Shown here: positions 18,367 to 27,009 of the stretch, piece by piece
How positions within the stretch are numbered: position 1 is the stretch's first letter
How the letters are laid out: each line of letters starts with the position of its first letter
Origin: an uncultured Bacilli bacterium
GTDB lineage: Bacteria > Bacillota_I > Bacilli_A > RF39 > UBA660
Assembly (NCBI GenBank): GCA_934085585.1
Contig: CAKOHI010000006.1
Span: 520-64,519, forward strand
Direction of reading: 5' to 3'
Length of the DNA: 64,000 nucleotides
Position numbers and translations under genes: made by a program
Notes under the pieces: generated by a model
Seen by the model: the letters and a program-made list of their open reading frames with translations, nothing else
What the model was told of the DNA's origin: nothing
Databases searched by the model: none

Positions 18367-18384
18367 TTGGAGCACCAGATTGAT
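18367..18384 (+). repeat. Direct repeat 2, att-like copy of the tRNA-Thr 3' end
   Basis: See 17696-17713. It lies 22 nt after the NUDIX stop. Confidence 0.7.
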
Positions 18385-18625
18385 TGTTACTTGGACAAAT
18401 TATAATTTTAAGTAATAGATTACTAACTAGAAATATTTTCTTTGGAAAGTAAATTAAGACAAAGGAGAGAAAGAATTACTTAAGAAATAAAGCATCTGAT
18501 TTATTTAGAAACAAAGATAAAGATATTTATAAAGAAAAAAACAAAGATGATTATTAGTTGAAGAAAATTTTTAAATTTATATGTTTAAAAATATTGAGTA
18601 ATGTTTTAAAAGAATGGGTGGAAAA

Positions 18626-19494
18626 ATGGACAAAATAAGATTAATAGACGCTATTAATTCAAGCAAATTAGATTACAACGATATATATGATAAAGTTAAT
18701 GTAATAAAAAAGAAAAAATCGAATTTTAATATAGAATCATATAATGAAATTGTATATTTACAAATGTATATATATATCATTTAAAAAATGGAATAAATAC
18801 ATTAAGTAAAAATGGAAATATTCCTGAATTGATTCCTAAAAGAATATCATATGAACAATTTAAAATTGAATTAGAAAAATATAAAAATATTGAATATAAA
18901 AACGAATTAATACCAGAAATTAAAAATTTATTTCAAGAAATTATAAGATTGGCAAATTTTAAATTATTGGATAAAGGATATTGGACAAAAATATATTCAA
19001 GTTCAACATCATATGAAGAAGTAAAGGAAACTGGTAAATTATATGTAAGTATTGACAATGCTTATCTATATCAATTTGCTTGTCTTTTATTTACTAACTG
19101 TTTAAAAAATGGAATTTATAATTATGAATTTAAAGTTAACAATGATCAAGAAATTAATAGAACAGATAATATGGTTATATACTTTACAGAAGATAATTTA
19201 AATATCTATTTAAGCATAATTAATAAATTAAAACAAACATATCCAGAATTTAATTTTAATTATTCGCATATTTTAGGTAAAGAATTATCTGATGGTATTG
19301 CAATAGCTAAAGATTATAAAGATGGCAGTAGTTTTACAGAAAAAATATGCATCACCATTTTAGAATTAAGAAAAAAAGGGTATGATGCAGAAACAATTGT
19401 TAATTCAATAGAAGGAAGTTTAGATACTCATTTAGAAAGCGTTACTACTTTAATATCTGATGAACAACAATTAAGTGAAAATAGAAAACATTAA
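18626..19494 (+). pseudogene. Hypothetical protein gene split in a (TA)5 tract
   Basis: ORF 18626-18784 (GGGTGG RBS, 52 aa) and ORF-track ORF 18829-19494 overlap in open frame only across 18748-18784. That interval contains tatatatatat (18767-18777). Removing one TA unit fuses them into a ~288-aa ORF. Confidence 0.55.
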
Positions 19495-19674
19495 ATATAC
19501 AGTTTAAAAATGTTTTCGAGTAAACAAAGTTATTTTAATAAGCTTAATTAGTAGATATTACTTATTAGCTAAAGCTTGTTAAACCTAGAAAAATTAGTTA
19601 CACTAATTGACTTAAAATATATGAAAGGTTAATTTAATCTTTTTTATTTGTTTATTCAATATTTTAATAAATTA

Positions 19675-19947
19675 TCACACACTTAAAATATTTGAAACAT
19701 CACTAGCAGTAATATCATAACCTAAACTTTTAAGATATAAAGCATTAGCTCCATCAGCGGAACCTATTTCTAAAATTTTAGAACCAATTGGTAACGAACT
19801 AAAACCATCTTTTATAAATCTTTCAAGTTTTTCCTTTTTCTTTTTTGCCTTAACCATATCCAAATTATCATGTTTAATAGCATTATCTAAATATACATCT
19901 GCACATCTTTCATAAACCTCCAAAGTTTTTTTGTTTTCGTAACTCAT
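19675..19947 (-). pseudogene. Truncated class I SAM-dependent methyltransferase (N-terminal fragment)
   Basis: 90 aa, ending shortly after motif I ILEIGSADGANALYL and the acidic-loop D in DITASD. The rest of the fold is missing and the downstream 180 nt are noncoding. Confidence 0.55.
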
Positions 19948-20048
19948 AATTAGCCTCCATTTTTTTTAGTATATCATTTAATTTTCTTTTTTTCAAACAA
20001 CCACTTGCAAATTTTTTCAAATATGTTACACTTAAATCGGAGGGTACT

Positions 20049-20726
20049 ATGAAAAATATTAATCAAGAACTTAAAACTTATATTGAAAAAAATGTATTAC
20101 CACAATACGATATAAATATCGGAGGGCATGGAATTGACCATATAAACTATGTAATAGAAAGAAGCTTTGAACTGATGAACAGTTTTAATTTAGATGTTAA
20201 TCCAAACATGATTTACACAATTGCTGCATTCCACGATATAGGCTACAAAATAAATCCAGATGAACATGAAGCAGTTTCAAGTCAAATGTTTTTAGCGGAT
20301 AAAGAAATTCATAAGTACTTTACGGAAGAAGAAGTTAAAACAATCGCTGAGGCAATCGTAGACCATCGTGCTAGCTTAGAGTATGAAGCAAGAAGTATAT
20401 ATGGAAAACTTGTTTCTTCTGCAGACCGTGAGATTTCAGTTGAAAACATGCTAGAACGTTCTATTTTATTCCAAAGTGATAAACATAAAGATGAAAATCC
20501 ATGTACAATGCAAGTAATAAATTATTCATTCAAAAAACTATCAAGTAAATATGGATCTGGTGGATATGCCAAAATGTATTATCAAGATCAAAAATATTTA
20601 GACTTCATAAAAACAATGCAAGAACTTTTAAGTAATAAAGATAAATTTGTTGAAAGAGAGTTAGAAATTATAAAAAAATTAACATTTGATACAAATGCTC
20701 AAAAATTAGTAAAGGTTATGAAATAA
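20049..20726 (+). CDS. HD-domain phosphohydrolase (paralog 1)
   Basis: 225 aa. GHGIDHINYV, AAFHDIGY, VDHRAS and VSSADRE give the H...HD...H...D metal ligands. Confidence 0.8.
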   Translation: MKNINQELKTYIEKNVLPQYDINIGGHGIDHINYVIERSFELMNSFNLDVNPNMIYTIAAFHDIGYKINPDEHEAVSSQMFLADKEIHKYFTEEEVKTIAEAIVDHRASLEYEARSIYGKLVSSADREISVENMLERSILFQSDKHKDENPCTMQVINYSFKKLSSKYGSGGYAKMYYQDQKYLDFIKTMQELLSNKDKFVERELEIIKKLTFDTNAQKLVKVMK

Positions 20727-20742
20727 AAATGTGAGGTATAGT

Positions 20743-21174
20743 ATGGAGAATATTGATAAAATTAGAGATTTAAAAAAACTAAATGCAAAAAAAGAAAAAC
20801 TACAAAGAGAAATTGCGACGATTGATAAAAGTATAGCAAATTTAAAAAAATCATGCTTGCACATCGGGGTAAACCTCGGTGGCAATCCACATCAAAATTG
20901 TTGTATTTTCTGTGGCAAAGGCAAAAATAACGATGAATATTTTTATGAATCTAATTTTATAATCCATGCTGAAAAATTCTTACCACATCTTGATATAAAA
21001 GATGAATTTCAAAAAGAACGAAAATACCAAATTATACAAAAATTAACTCAAAAATTTATGGAGTTAATGCCAGAATTAACACATGAAGAACTGACAAACA
21101 AAATAAATGATTTTATTTCATCTAAAATATTAAATGAAGAAGATCTAACTCTAAAAAGACAAAAAGAATGTTAA
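20743..21174 (+). CDS. Hypothetical protein, coiled-coil N-terminus plus Cys motif
   Basis: 143 aa from the ATG at 20743 (GAGG RBS). SCLH...NCCIFCG. Tightly packed between the two HD genes. Confidence 0.5.
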   Translation: MENIDKIRDLKKLNAKKEKLQREIATIDKSIANLKKSCLHIGVNLGGNPHQNCCIFCGKGKNNDEYFYESNFIIHAEKFLPHLDIKDEFQKERKYQIIQKLTQKFMELMPELTHEELTNKINDFISSKILNEEDLTLKRQKEC

Positions 21175-21190
21175 CTACAACATTCTTTTC

Positions 21191-21850
21191 TTATGCCTTA
21201 GTTCGAAGTAATTCCTTTGGATAATCAAGTCCATTTACTTCACAAAATCTTTTTTTAAATAATTCTTTATCACTTGTTAACGCTTGTATATCTTCTAAAA
21301 ACTTTTTATAATCTAAATCTTCAAAATACATTTTTTCATTAGCATAACCATCTATTCCAAATTTTTCTTGTAAATGCAATCTTGATTCTTCAATTATTTC
21401 ATCAATATTATAATTTTCATTGTGAGCAACACGATAACTATATGTACGTTTCAAAGGAATTTCAAGAATTGTATTTCTATCTGCAGAAGAAACAATTTTA
21501 CCATATATACTTCTTGGCTCTCCTTCTAAACTCGCTCTATGATCATATACGGCATCAGCCATAGTTTTAATTTCATCTTCAGTAAAAAACTCTCTTAAAT
21601 TTTTATCGTCTAGTAACATTTCTGCAGAAACTTTTTCATGATTTTTAGCATCAATATAATGTCCAATATCATGATATGCAGCTATTACATAAACCATATC
21701 AAAATTAATTCCTTGAACAAGTTTTGCAAATTTAAAACTTCTTTCAATTACAGAATTTATATGTGATACACCATGACCTACCTCATTTTTTTCATAACTA
21801 GGAAGAATATTTTCTTCAATATACTTTTTTAAATTTTCATTAATTTGCAT
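21191..21850 (-). CDS. HD-domain phosphohydrolase (paralog 2, convergent)
   Basis: 219 aa, colinear with paralog 1 (GHGVSHINSV, AAYHDIGH, YDHRAS, VSSADRN). A 35-nt stretch at 21480-21514 is the reverse complement of 20391-20425 at 33/35. Confidence 0.8.
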   Translation of the reverse strand: MQINENLKKYIEENILPSYEKNEVGHGVSHINSVIERSFKFAKLVQGINFDMVYVIAAYHDIGHYIDAKNHEKVSAEMLLDDKNLREFFTEDEIKTMADAVYDHRASLEGEPRSIYGKIVSSADRNTILEIPLKRTYSYRVAHNENYNIDEIIEESRLHLQEKFGIDGYANEKMYFEDLDYKKFLEDIQALTSDKELFKKRFCEVNGLDYPKELLRTKA

Positions 21851-21943
21851 TTTATCACCCTCCCCTAGATTGTATCATAAAATTCTATCTTTTTCAAAAA
21901 ATAATGACTTTACACTTAATTTCTGATAAAATATATTTAGGAT

Positions 21944-22285
21944 GTGATACTAGTGTACATTGATAAAATCATAACTTTATTACAAAAATACATTAATGAA
22001 TATGACGCAAAAAAATATGAATTAGAAGAATTAAATATTAAAAAACAATTGTATGAAGAATTAATTTCCTTATTAGAAAACAAATTAAATTTAAATGATA
22101 ATAAATTATTTATTAGTATTTTATTAACAAGTATATTTAATAATGAAGAATACAATATAAAGTTTTATAATGCCTTATATCTATTTAATCAAAATGATGA
22201 AAAGCATTTTGATTATTTTGGTACCAAAATAAAGCACCAATACGAAAATATTTGCAAAAAAATAGCAACATTAAAAAGCAACTAA
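21944..22285 (+). CDS. Hypothetical protein (possibly the N-terminal part of the next ORF)
   Basis: 113 aa. Overlaps the next ORF by 34 nt around an A7 run (22256-22262). Adding one A would fuse the frames. Confidence 0.4.
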   Translation: MILVYIDKIITLLQKYINEYDAKKYELEELNIKKQLYEELISLLENKLNLNDNKLFISILLTSIFNNEEYNIKFYNALYLFNQNDEKHFDYFGTKIKHQYENICKKIATLKSN

Positions 22286-23385
22286 AAAATGCTAGCAATA
22301 GAAAAAATAATGTCAGAAGAGCCAGCTTTTATTTACAAAAAAGAAAGCCAATTTACGATAAAAATTCTACATTTAAAGATATTAAAAAAATCATTTCCTA
22401 TTATGCTATAATGGGTGAAATCTCTGACAAAGAAGAAGTCTTACTAAACAATGAACTTGAATTTTATAACACAAATATTATAAAAAAAGAAAATAAAGAA
22501 AAAGAATATAAAACAAGAAAATATAATGAGATACCTAATATATTAAATTGTGGTTTTGAAATGTATGATGAAATAGATGTTAACCCTAATAGATTAGAAG
22601 CAACAAATAATTATGTAAACGAACTTAAAACATTTATTAATGATTTAAAACCAGAAGAAATAATTCCAATTATAGAAACTTATCAAAAGTATGATTTAAA
22701 TACGAATGAATACATTTACATAGTAAACGAATTATTAAAGTATTTTTTAATGGAATCCCTTGAATATTATAAAATTCTATTAGATATAAGTGTATATCAA
22801 GATAAAGAAACTAGAGAAGAAGCAATAGAAACATATTATACTTTTTTAGACAAATATATATTATTAAGAAATTATTACAATACACTTACGGAAATAGAAA
22901 TAAATGATATACAATACGAGATAGAAGAACCAGATAATAAAGAACAAGAAGATAACAAAACACCTCGAAAACTAATTTTTTCTCACCCATCAACTAATCC
23001 CAACAAATCACGATTAATTGATGATTTAAAAGGTATGCCAGAAGAATATTATAGTTTAGTTGAAAATATGCTTCAAAATTTTATAGTTTATAAAAAAAGA
23101 CCTAAAGGTTTTAATAACGACATTTATAAAAAAGGTTTTATCGAATTAAAAGAAGGCCCTATAAGAATTCTCATGAAACATACTAACAATAATATTTATT
23201 GCGTAATGGGAGTATTCATAAAAAAAGCTAATAATGACATAAAAGCATATAGAACAATGGTTATAAGGACTATTCCAAATATTAAAACTCACGAAGAAGA
23301 AAATCAAGAATTAACTTTAGGAAAATTAACCTTACAAGAATTATCTAGAATTGTGGAAGAAAAAGCTCGAAAAGGTTCAAGATAA
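22252..23385 (+). CDS. Hypothetical protein with C-terminal RelE/ParE (Gp49/HigB-like) toxin-fold domain
   Basis: 377 aa. The C-terminal ~110 aa (LIDDLKGMPEEYYSLVENMLQNF...GFIELKEGPIRILMKH..NIYCVMGVFIKKANND) follow the Gp49/HigB pattern (ELR..g.RI.y......i.ll..F.KK). The N-terminal ~230 aa are Lys/Glu/Asn-rich and unrecognised. TTG start in the ORF track. Confidence 0.5.
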   Translation: MQKNSNIKKQLKNASNRKNNVRRASFYLQKRKPIYDKNSTFKDIKKIISYYAIMGEISDKEEVLLNNELEFYNTNIIKKENKEKEYKTRKYNEIPNILNCGFEMYDEIDVNPNRLEATNNYVNELKTFINDLKPEEIIPIIETYQKYDLNTNEYIYIVNELLKYFLMESLEYYKILLDISVYQDKETREEAIETYYTFLDKYILLRNYYNTLTEIEINDIQYEIEEPDNKEQEDNKTPRKLIFSHPSTNPNKSRLIDDLKGMPEEYYSLVENMLQNFIVYKKRPKGFNNDIYKKGFIELKEGPIRILMKHTNNNIYCVMGVFIKKANNDIKAYRTMVIRTIPNIKTHEEENQELTLGKLTLQELSRIVEEKARKGSR

Positions 23386-23438
23386 AAAGAAAAATAACAA
23401 CTTTTTTTCTTTTTTTCATACAATAAATTGGTGATTAT

Positions 23439-24038
23439 ATGTACACTTTAAAATCTTTACCATTTGAAATGTTTTCTCTAGAACCATTTATTGATACTCA
23501 CACAATCGGACTTCATCATTACAAACATGAGTTGTCCTATTTAAATAATTTAAATAAAATATTAGAAAAATATAATTTAAATAATAAATATCGTATCGAA
23601 GAATTATATAGTCATTTAAATGAATTTAAAGATGAAGATAAAAATGATTTAATCTTTTATCTCGGCGGAGTTATTAATCATGAATTATATTGGCAATCAA
23701 TAAATCCTCACAACAAAGAAAATCCCCAAGATAAATTGCTTGATGCTATAAAAGAAAAATTTGGTTCTTTTGATAATATGTGGGAGAAATTTAAAACTTT
23801 AGTTACAACTTTAAAAGGTTCAGGTTATGTTTTTCTAGTAAAAAACCAAAATAATGTAATTGATTTAATATCTACATCTAACCAAGATAGTCCATATTTA
23901 TTTAATTTAACACCATTATTTTGTATTGATCTCTGGGAACATGCCTACTACATAAATTATGAAAATGATAAACTGAAATATTTTGAAAACTTTAAAACAT
24001 TAGCAAACTTTAACTATGCTAACAAAAATTTCAACTAA
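23439..24038 (+). CDS. sodA: Fe/Mn superoxide dismutase
   Basis: LPF...LEPFID..T..LHHYKH, GGVINHELYW and DLWEHAYY contain the four metal ligands. Confidence 0.9.
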   Translation: MYTLKSLPFEMFSLEPFIDTHTIGLHHYKHELSYLNNLNKILEKYNLNNKYRIEELYSHLNEFKDEDKNDLIFYLGGVINHELYWQSINPHNKENPQDKLLDAIKEKFGSFDNMWEKFKTLVTTLKGSGYVFLVKNQNNVIDLISTSNQDSPYLFNLTPLFCIDLWEHAYYINYENDKLKYFENFKTLANFNYANKNFN

Positions 24039-24058
24039 AAAGGAAACGCATTTGTTTC

Positions 24059-25048
24059 CTATTTTTTATACATTTCTTTTGCTTTTTCTTTATTTTCTTG
24101 GGAATAACCCACTAAAACATTAGGTACTTTATTGATTATATCTTGATATAATTCTTCAAAAGCATTTTTATTTTTTTTACCCCAGGTATTTACCATTGCA
24201 ATTACATTACTTTTACCATTATTTGTTATAATATAAATACATTTACTTATTGTTATTCCATTTTGTTTTGTTATAAATGGATATATCCAAATAATATCTT
24301 TAATTTCAATTAATTTAACACCATTTGCATAACTAAATAAATATCTATCAGTTAGATAAACACCACATTCTTTATTATGAATACCTTTACCGCTATTTAC
24401 ATCTTCTTCTATTTTTTCTAATTCTCTTCCATATTCTTTTAATATATTTTTACCTTTTTTATTTCTAACAATATAAACTATAATTAAAATTAATCCACTC
24501 AAAGACAATATTCCAAAAGTAATTAAAGCCCAAATTCCTTGTTCTACATTATCCCAAGTAGTATCAAGATAATTATCACCGACTACTTTTTTTAAATCTT
24601 CAATAGAATAAGTATTACCATCATCATCTTTTAAAAACTCTTGCAAATATTTAAAAACTTCTGTATCACTTTTTGACACATTACCATAAACCATAACTGG
24701 ATCAGGTTTTTCCATTTCTACTTCACTTAAAGTATATTCCTGTATTTTTCGCAAATTTTCTAAACCAGCTTTATCAAGTACAATAATAAATGGATTATTA
24801 TTTTCATCAAAAGCTATATAATAATCTTTTACTTTACCATCTAAAGTTTCCGTAGCAAAAGCACTATCTAGTAAACTTACATTTAATTTAGCATAAACAT
24901 TTTCACTAGTATTTTTAGTTAAAACTTCATATTCAGCATCAATTTCTCCGAAATATATTAGTAAACCTAATCCCATAAAAACTACAAACAAAATAATACC
25001 TATAACAAGCAAACTTTTATTTCCTTTAACTTTTTTATAAATATTCAT
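24059..25048 (-). CDS. Two-TM membrane protein with extracytoplasmic domain, last gene behind the TCS
   Basis: 329 aa. TM at ~12-33 and ~170-193, a ~135-aa domain between them, and a cytoplasmic C-terminal domain. 56 nt downstream of the kinase gene. Confidence 0.55.
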   Translation of the reverse strand: MNIYKKVKGNKSLLVIGIILFVVFMGLGLLIYFGEIDAEYEVLTKNTSENVYAKLNVSLLDSAFATETLDGKVKDYYIAFDENNNPFIIVLDKAGLENLRKIQEYTLSEVEMEKPDPVMVYGNVSKSDTEVFKYLQEFLKDDDGNTYSIEDLKKVVGDNYLDTTWDNVEQGIWALITFGILSLSGLILIIVYIVRNKKGKNILKEYGRELEKIEEDVNSGKGIHNKECGVYLTDRYLFSYANGVKLIEIKDIIWIYPFITKQNGITISKCIYIITNNGKSNVIAMVNTWGKKNKNAFEELYQDIINKVPNVLVGYSQENKEKAKEMYKK

Positions 25049-25104
25049 AATTTAACCACTCACTTTCATAACAACATTTTATATTTTTTTTACATTTAAG
25101 TAAA

Positions 25105-26277
25105 CTATTTATAATATCTTATACTAAAATTAGTACCATTATTACTACTTACTCTAATTGAACCATTATCTTTTTCAATTATTTCTTTAGCTAAAGAAAG
25201 TCCTATTCCAAAATTATTACTATTATTATTTTTCTTATAAAATCTTTCAAATATATGCTTCATATCTTCATTACTTATACCATCACCACAATCTATAATA
25301 TCAACACTTACATACATTCCATTATCTTTATAATTTACATAAATATCTCCATTATCCTTACTATACTCAATTCCATTTTTTAATATATTAGTTATTGCTT
25401 CTGTTTCCCATTTATAATCTCCAACAAAAGTTACATCACTTTTTCCACTTACATGAATATTTATATTTTTAAGTTCTCTTAATATATCAACATTTTTTAA
25501 AACATCAAATAACAAATCTTTAACAAATATTACTCTTTTTTCAAAAACCACTACATTTGCATCGAATCTTGATAATTTTAGCATTGCAATAATTAAAAAG
25601 TTAATATTTTCAATCTGCATTCTTATATCATTTAAATATTCTTTTTGTTTTTCTTTACTTACATTTTCTTCAAGTAATGTATCAATCATTAATAAAATTG
25701 ATGTAAGGGGTGTCTTTAATTGATGAGATATATTAGCTAAATTATCTTTTATTTTAATTCGCTCTTCATTTTCTTTAGCATATAAACTCTTTAAACTAAC
25801 TGTAGTGGTATACACTTCATTTTTTAATATAGATAAATCACCTTCAATATTATCTAATATTTCTAAATCATAAAAACCATCATTAATTCTTTTTAAATAA
25901 TTTGTAATATTATCTATCTCTTTACATCTTTTTTTCTTCTCTATAACGTATACACTAATACATAATCCTCCGAAAACACTAAACACTATTACATTAATAA
26001 CAATATTTTTATAAAAAGAATCATTCATCTTACTTAAATAATTTATATCACTATTAGTAAATCCATACTTTTTTAATATATCACTTTTACCATTATTACT
26101 TCCATTAACTATTTTTATTAAATCTTCACTATTTACATCTGGATATTTAATATTTACTTCACTAAAAACACTACCTACAAAATCATTTATTACTTTACTA
26201 TATCTATAATAATCAATAAAACTTATTAATATTATTAAACATAAACTAATTAAAAACCACAAACTTACTTTTTTCAT
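25105..26277 (-). CDS. Sensor histidine kinase
   Basis: Two TM helices flanking a ~65-aa outside loop. H-box ISHQLKTPLTSI, N-box NILKNGIEYS, G1 DCGDGI, G2 GIGLSLAKEI. Confidence 0.9.
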   Translation of the reverse strand: MKKVSLWFLISLCLIILISFIDYYRYSKVINDFVGSVFSEVNIKYPDVNSEDLIKIVNGSNNGKSDILKKYGFTNSDINYLSKMNDSFYKNIVINVIVFSVFGGLCISVYVIEKKKRCKEIDNITNYLKRINDGFYDLEILDNIEGDLSILKNEVYTTTVSLKSLYAKENEERIKIKDNLANISHQLKTPLTSILLMIDTLLEENVSKEKQKEYLNDIRMQIENINFLIIAMLKLSRFDANVVVFEKRVIFVKDLLFDVLKNVDILRELKNINIHVSGKSDVTFVGDYKWETEAITNILKNGIEYSKDNGDIYVNYKDNGMYVSVDIIDCGDGISNEDMKHIFERFYKKNNNSNNFGIGLSLAKEIIEKDNGSIRVSSNNGTNFSIRYYK

Positions 26278-26915
26278 ATATCCATCCTATATCCTACACC
26301 TTTAATTGTTTTAATTACATCTTCACACCCTATTTTTTCTCTAATTCTTTTTATATACACACTCAATGTATTATCATTAACAAACTTTCCTGACACATCC
26401 CAAATTTTATCTATAATCATATCTCTAGTTACTATAATTCCATTATTTTCAAGTAGAAAAAACAATAATTTTAATTCTAACCCAGTTAAAATAATTTCTT
26501 GATTATCCTTATATACTCTGTATCCATCCATATCAAATTTTATATTTTTATACATTTTAATATTATTTTTCTTATTTCTTTTAATAATATTATTTATTCT
26601 TGACAATAGCTCTTTTGATCTAAAAGGTTTTATAATATAATCTTCTACCCCAAGATCTAATGATGTAACAACATCTTCTTCCTCATCTTTAGCACTTAAG
26701 ACAAGAGTTGGAACATCAACATAGTTTTCAAAAAATTCTAGTCCATTACCATCAGGCAACATTACATCAAGAATAATTAAATCATAATTCTTACTTATTT
26801 TTTCTTTAGCTTCTTTGATTGTACTTGCAACACTTACCTTATAGTCATGCTCTTCAAGTAAAAATCTAATAGCCTTTATAATCATTTCATTATCTTCCAC
26901 TAAAAGTATTTTCAT
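26274..26915 (-). CDS. OmpR-family response regulator
   Basis: Receiver domain (LLVEDNE, DLIILDVMLPDGNG, KPF) plus a winged-helix output ending GVGYRMDI. 4-nt overlap with the kinase gene. Confidence 0.9.
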   Translation of the reverse strand: MKILLVEDNEMIIKAIRFLLEEHDYKVSVASTIKEAKEKISKNYDLIILDVMLPDGNGLEFFENYVDVPTLVLSAKDEEEDVVTSLDLGVEDYIIKPFRSKELLSRINNIIKRNKKNNIKMYKNIKFDMDGYRVYKDNQEIILTGLELKLLFFLLENNGIIVTRDMIIDKIWDVSGKFVNDNTLSVYIKRIREKIGCEDVIKTIKGVGYRMDI

Positions 26916-26935
26916 AAATACACCTCCATTCTAAC

Positions 26936-26970
26936 AACAAAAAGGTATCACTTCAAGATAAATGATACCA
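26936..26970 (-). terminator. Terminator after the ABC-transporter genes
   Basis: Stem ggtatca/tgatacc (26969-26963 and 26950-26944 on the minus strand), 12-nt loop, then TTTTTGTT. Confidence 0.6.
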
Positions 26971-26990
26971 TTATTTTTAGGTTAAATCAA
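26962..26990 (-). promoter_or_regulatory. Promoter of the response-regulator/kinase operon, overlapping the terminator
   Basis: Minus strand reads TTGATT (26990-26985), 17-nt spacer, TGgTATCAT extended -10 (-10 at 26967-26962). The -10 lies in the 5' arm of the terminator hairpin. Confidence 0.5.
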
Positions 26991-27009
26991 ATCTATTTAT
27001 TCGCACAAA

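Noticed and set aside
22252-22262. Programmed -1 ribosomal frameshift on the A7 run joining ORFs 21944-22285 and 22252-23385
   Set aside because: The direction (-1) fits. However, the zero-frame context is tgc-aaa-aaa-ata, not a full X-XXY-YYZ heptamer, and I see no downstream stimulatory hairpin. Several other splits in the window also sit on simple repeats. A pseudogene, phase variation or an assembly indel is more parsimonious.
17707-24040. Calling the accessory patch an intact genomic island or prophage
   Set aside because: I found no integrase, recombinase, or phage structural or replication genes. The only att-like repeat pair brackets just 670 bp. The region is treated as a decayed remnant.
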